Origin: Proteobacteria bacterium UBA6156
Lineage (GTDB): Bacteria; Pseudomonadota; Alphaproteobacteria; UBA2136; UBA6156
NCBI GenBank assembly: GCA_002422365.1
Contig: DIUO01000031.1
Location: 100,187 to 157,564, forward strand
Direction of reading: 5' to 3'
DNA length: 57,378 bases
Notes under the pieces: generated by a model
Databases searched by the model: none
Seen by the model: only the letters and a program-made list of their open reading frames with translations
What the model was told of the DNA's origin: nothing
Translations under genes and position numbers: made by a program
Shown here: positions 54,805 through 57,378 of the stretch, in pieces
How the letters are laid out: each line of letters starts with the position of its first letter
How positions within the stretch are numbered: the first letter of the stretch is position 1

Positions 54805-55761
54805 TTAGTCGTCGACTTTGAGTTGGGCTTCGGGGAAGCCGGCTTCCAGTGCTTTTTGGAGGGCGGCGTCGGCGTCGGCAACGCTGTGGAAGGGGCCGGC
54901 GCGGACGCGGAGGAGGCTTTGGCCGCCAGCTTCGAATTGGCTGAGGGCGGCGGTGTCGAAGGTTTCGCTTAACTTTTGCATTTGCGCGGTGGCGTTGGTT
55001 TGGCTGCTGTAGGCCCCCACTTGCACGTAGACGAAGGTTTTGTTGAGGGGTTTGGTGTTGGTGACGACGCGTTTTTCGAACGGGGGTGGCTTGGGCAGGC
55101 TGGTGGCCGGGGGCGGTGCGGCCTGCGCCAGATGGGGTTGGGGCGTGAAGGTGCCGAGGGTTTCTTCCTCGACACTGCCGGTACCGACGCTGGGGAGGCG
55201 TTCGGCGCGGATGTCGTTCCCCACCAGTTGCGGCGCCTTATAGTAGCCGCCACGGTAGCCGCCTGCTACGTGGTGGGGGCCGCCGATGGCCTCGACCTGC
55301 ACGGGGGCGGTGCCGTAGCGCACCATATCCAGCGATTGGGCGGCGGCGTAGGAGAGGTCGATAATGCGGCCACGGACGAAGGGGCCGCGATCGTTGATTT
55401 TGACGACTACGCTTTTGCCGTTTTCTAAGTTAGTCACCCGCGCGATGGTGGGTAGGGGGAGGGTTTTGTGGGCGGCGGTGAAAGCGTACATGTTGTAGCA
55501 CTCGCCGTTGGCGGAGGGCTTGCTGTGGAAGTCTTCTCCGTACCAGCTGGCGATGCCTTTTTCCGAGTAGTCGAGGCTTTCTTTCTGGGGGCTGTAGCGG
55601 ATGCCATCGACAATGTAGGGATTGCCGACTTTGAGGTGGCCTTCGGCGACGCAGGTGGGGGCGTCGGCTTTTTTCAGCAAATGGCTGCCGACCTGCACCT
55701 GGGTGCAACCGGCTACGAGGTAAGAGGCTATGAGGGTAAGAGGTAGGAGGTAGCTGCGCAT
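54805..55761 (-). CDS. rlpA: Septal-ring lytic transglycosylase RlpA-family lipoprotein with a C-terminal SPOR domain
   Basis: Lipobox LVAGC, a DPBB domain GIASWYGEDFHSKPSANGE ... VKINDRGPF, and the C-terminal stretch VYVQVGAYSSQTNATAQ ... LRVRAGPF. Confidence 0.85.
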   Translation of the reverse strand: MRSYLLPLTLIASYLVAGCTQVQVGSHLLKKADAPTCVAEGHLKVGNPYIVDGIRYSPQKESLDYSEKGIASWYGEDFHSKPSANGECYNMYAFTAAHKTLPLPTIARVTNLENGKSVVVKINDRGPFVRGRIIDLSYAAAQSLDMVRYGTAPVQVEAIGGPHHVAGGYRGGYYKAPQLVGNDIRAERLPSVGTGSVEEETLGTFTPQPHLAQAAPPPATSLPKPPPFEKRVVTNTKPLNKTFVYVQVGAYSSQTNATAQMQKLSETFDTAALSQFEAGGQSLLRVRAGPFHSVADADAALQKALEAGFPEAQLKVDD

Positions 55762-55779
55762 GGGGTTTGCTTTGTGAGG

Positions 55780-56784
55780 TTATTCGGTTTCGAGGGAGTC
55801 GGCCAGGGCGAGGACAGACCAGGCGAAGTAGGAGGAGTTGTTCCAGCTGAGAATGACGCTGAAGTTGGGGCCGAGGAGGTGTGCGGGGGCGTCTTCCTGC
55901 GGTTTGTAATAGCGCAGTTTGGTGCTGGCGGGCAGGTTGGCGGGGGCTTTGAAGCCGCGCTTCTTCCAATACGACAGCGGGTGCTGGGGGGAGAGGCCGC
56001 GGGAGTTGAGGTCCAGCCCTTCGGCCTTGAATGTGGTGGGTAACGTGTAGCGCCAGGCTTGGCCGGATTGCCAGCCGCGTTTGGAGAGATAGGTGGCGGC
56101 GGAAGCGAAGACGTCGGCCTCGTTGCTCCAGATATCGGCGATACCGTCGCCGTCGCCGTCTGCCCCGTAGGCCAGCCAGCTGCTGGGCATAAACTGGCAT
56201 TGGCCCATGGCCCCTGCCCAGCTGCCGAGGAGTTTATCGGGCTCCTTTCCGGTTTGCTCCACGACCTTTAACGCAGCGAAGGTTTCTTTGCGGAAGTAGT
56301 CGGGGCGGTGGGACTTCCAGGCCAGGGTGGCGAGGGCGGGGATGACCGGGTGGGAGCCCTGGACTTCGCCGAAGCGGGATTCGATCCCCCACAAAGCCAC
56401 CACTACGCTTGCCGAGACGCCGGTGCGGGCGGCGGTGGCGGAGAGGTCTTGTGCGTGGGCGGCCAAATTGGCGCGGCCGCGCATAATGCGGGTGCTGGTG
56501 AGCATGCTGCCGGTGTATTCGGCGAAGGTGCGGACGGATTCCGGTTGGGATTTTTCCGACTGCAAAACCTGGGGCACGGGGGCGATGGTGCCGCTGAAGG
56601 CGGCGTCCAACATGGCGGGGCTGTGGCCTTTTTGGGCGGCTTCTTTACGGAGTTGGGCGTAGAAGCGTTGGAAGTCAGGGTTTGTTTTGGCTTGGGCTGG
56701 AACGGGCGCACTGGTGGTAGCACAGGCCGCCAGGGCCAGGGCTGCGAGAGTGAGGGCGGAGTTACGGAGAGTCATGTTCACCAT
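55780..56784 (-). CDS. Lytic murein transglycosylase (MltB/Slt35-like) lipoprotein
   Basis: Lipobox LAAC, ALWGIESRFG (catalytic Glu context), GAMGQCQFMPSSW and PADLPASTKL. An alternative ATG lies at 56775. Confidence 0.8.
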   Translation of the reverse strand: MVNMTLRNSALTLAALALAACATTSAPVPAQAKTNPDFQRFYAQLRKEAAQKGHSPAMLDAAFSGTIAPVPQVLQSEKSQPESVRTFAEYTGSMLTSTRIMRGRANLAAHAQDLSATAARTGVSASVVVALWGIESRFGEVQGSHPVIPALATLAWKSHRPDYFRKETFAALKVVEQTGKEPDKLLGSWAGAMGQCQFMPSSWLAYGADGDGDGIADIWSNEADVFASAATYLSKRGWQSGQAWRYTLPTTFKAEGLDLNSRGLSPQHPLSYWKKRGFKAPANLPASTKLRYYKPQEDAPAHLLGPNFSVILSWNNSSYFAWSVLALADSLETE

Positions 56785-56985
56785 GCTACCAAATGAGAGC
56801 GGTTTGGCGAGGGGCGAGTGAGGCCCCCTGCCCTTTTTAAGGGATTTTTGAGGGGCCAGAGCGCGCTTTAGGGGTGGGGGTGGTGCAGTTTTGCGGCTTG
56901 GGGCGCTGTGGGAGTGATGGGATTGTCATCAGCCCCCGTTTAGAAACCCTTGGCGGCTGGCGCGTGTTGTTGTATGTCAGCAGGT

Positions 56986-57073
56986 GGAAGCGTGGCAGAG
57001 TGGTCTAATGCGCCGGTCTCGAAAACCGGTTGGGTGCAAGCCCTCGGGGGTTCGAATCCCCCCGCTTCCGCCA
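56986..57073 (+). tRNA. tRNA-Ser (anticodon CGA), CCA encoded
   Basis: GGAAGCGTGGCAGAGTGGTCTAATGCGCCGGTCTCGAAAACCGGTTGGGTGCAAGCCCTCGGGGGTTCGAATCCCCCCGCTTCCGCCA. It has the 7-bp acceptor GGAAGCG/CGCTTCC, the anticodon loop CT-CGA-AA and a long variable arm. Confidence 0.9.
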
Positions 57074-57078
57074 AATGC

Positions 57079-57166
57079 GGAGGAATGGCAGAGTGGTCGA
57101 ATGCGTCGGTCTTGAAAACCGAAGAACCGCAAGGTTCCGTGGGTTCGAATCCTACTTCCTCCGCCA
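57079..57166 (+). tRNA. tRNA-Ser (anticodon UGA), CCA encoded
   Basis: GGAGGAATGGCAGAGTGGTCGAATGCGTCGGTCTTGAAAACCGAAGAACCGCAAGGTTCCGTGGGTTCGAATCCTACTTCCTCCGCCA. It has the anticodon loop CT-TGA-AA and a long variable arm. Confidence 0.9.
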
Positions 57167-57224
57167 TTTATTTTAGCGTTACTTCTGGACAGACTGGGCT
57201 ATTGCTATTACAAACGCCGCAGTT

Positions 57225-57301
<77 letters not shown>

Positions 57302-57308
57302 TTATTTC

Positions 57309-57347
57309 AAGGCTTGTCGGTTTTTGACCGACAAGCCTTTGCTTTTT
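57309..57347 (+). terminator. Rho-independent terminator after the tRNA cluster
   Basis: AAGGCTTGTCGG-TTTTTGA-CCGACAAGCCTT followed by TGCTTTTT. Confidence 0.7.
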
Positions 57348-57378
57348 GCGCTCAGCCCGCCAATTTGTTCCCGGCATG

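Overview
The 57.4-kb window splits into two parts.

(1) Positions 1 to about 32,670 are the right-hand part of an integrative conjugative element (ICE) or genomic island.
- It opens with a VirB/D4-type type IV secretion operon: a virB8 3' fragment, virB9, virB10, an embedded 721-aa Cys-rich secreted repeat protein, virB11 and virD4.
- Next comes a sharply AT-rich three-gene cargo operon of unknown function, fused onto the 3' end of virD4. It encodes a 76-aa peptide with 9-aa repeats, a 166-aa single-pass membrane protein, and an 825-aa protein ending in a CxxC-x16-CxxC zinc ribbon plus a PD-(D/E)xK-like nuclease core. I rate this as the best candidate for an undescribed defence- or exclusion-type system.
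- A large heavy-metal block follows. Its zinc/cadmium/cobalt part holds a czcI-like gene, czcCBA, a short czcD, a DUF2147 gene and a CadR/ZntR/PbrR-like MerR regulator with two matching 19-bp-spacer operators. A merT/merP-like operon without merA sits between the two parts. The copper part holds a pcoAB-type multicopper oxidase module, a cupredoxin-CusF fusion, cytochrome b561, csoR with a 36-bp perfect palindromic operator, a P1B Cu/Ag ATPase and a DUF305 gene.
- The element ends with a ParB-like gene, two small unknown genes and an AlpA-like excisionase gene, abutting tRNA-Arg(ACG).

(2) Positions about 32,750 to the end are GC-richer core chromosome.
- Genes, in order: prepilin peptidase, a short CCA-family nucleotidyltransferase, a SleB-like hydrolase, gltX, comEC, rpe, a polysaccharide-type cluster (nucleotide-sugar dehydrogenase, bi-domain oxidoreductase, entericidin-like lipoprotein, asnB-like), a HicA/DUF1902 toxin-antitoxin islet, pheA and terC.
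- These are followed by a tatD plus degenerate tatD-like pair, holB, two tmk paralogs, a PBP5-type carboxypeptidase, rlpA, a lytic transglycosylase, and tRNA-Ser(CGA), tRNA-Ser(UGA) and tRNA-Pro(GGG).
- Intergenic regions around the SleB-like gene and gltX hold a structured dispersed repeat with compensatory changes and a 25-bp perfect inverted-repeat element.

I saw no rRNA, CRISPR array, transposase or integrase. All calls come from reading the ORF translations and the sequence by eye; no database search was run.
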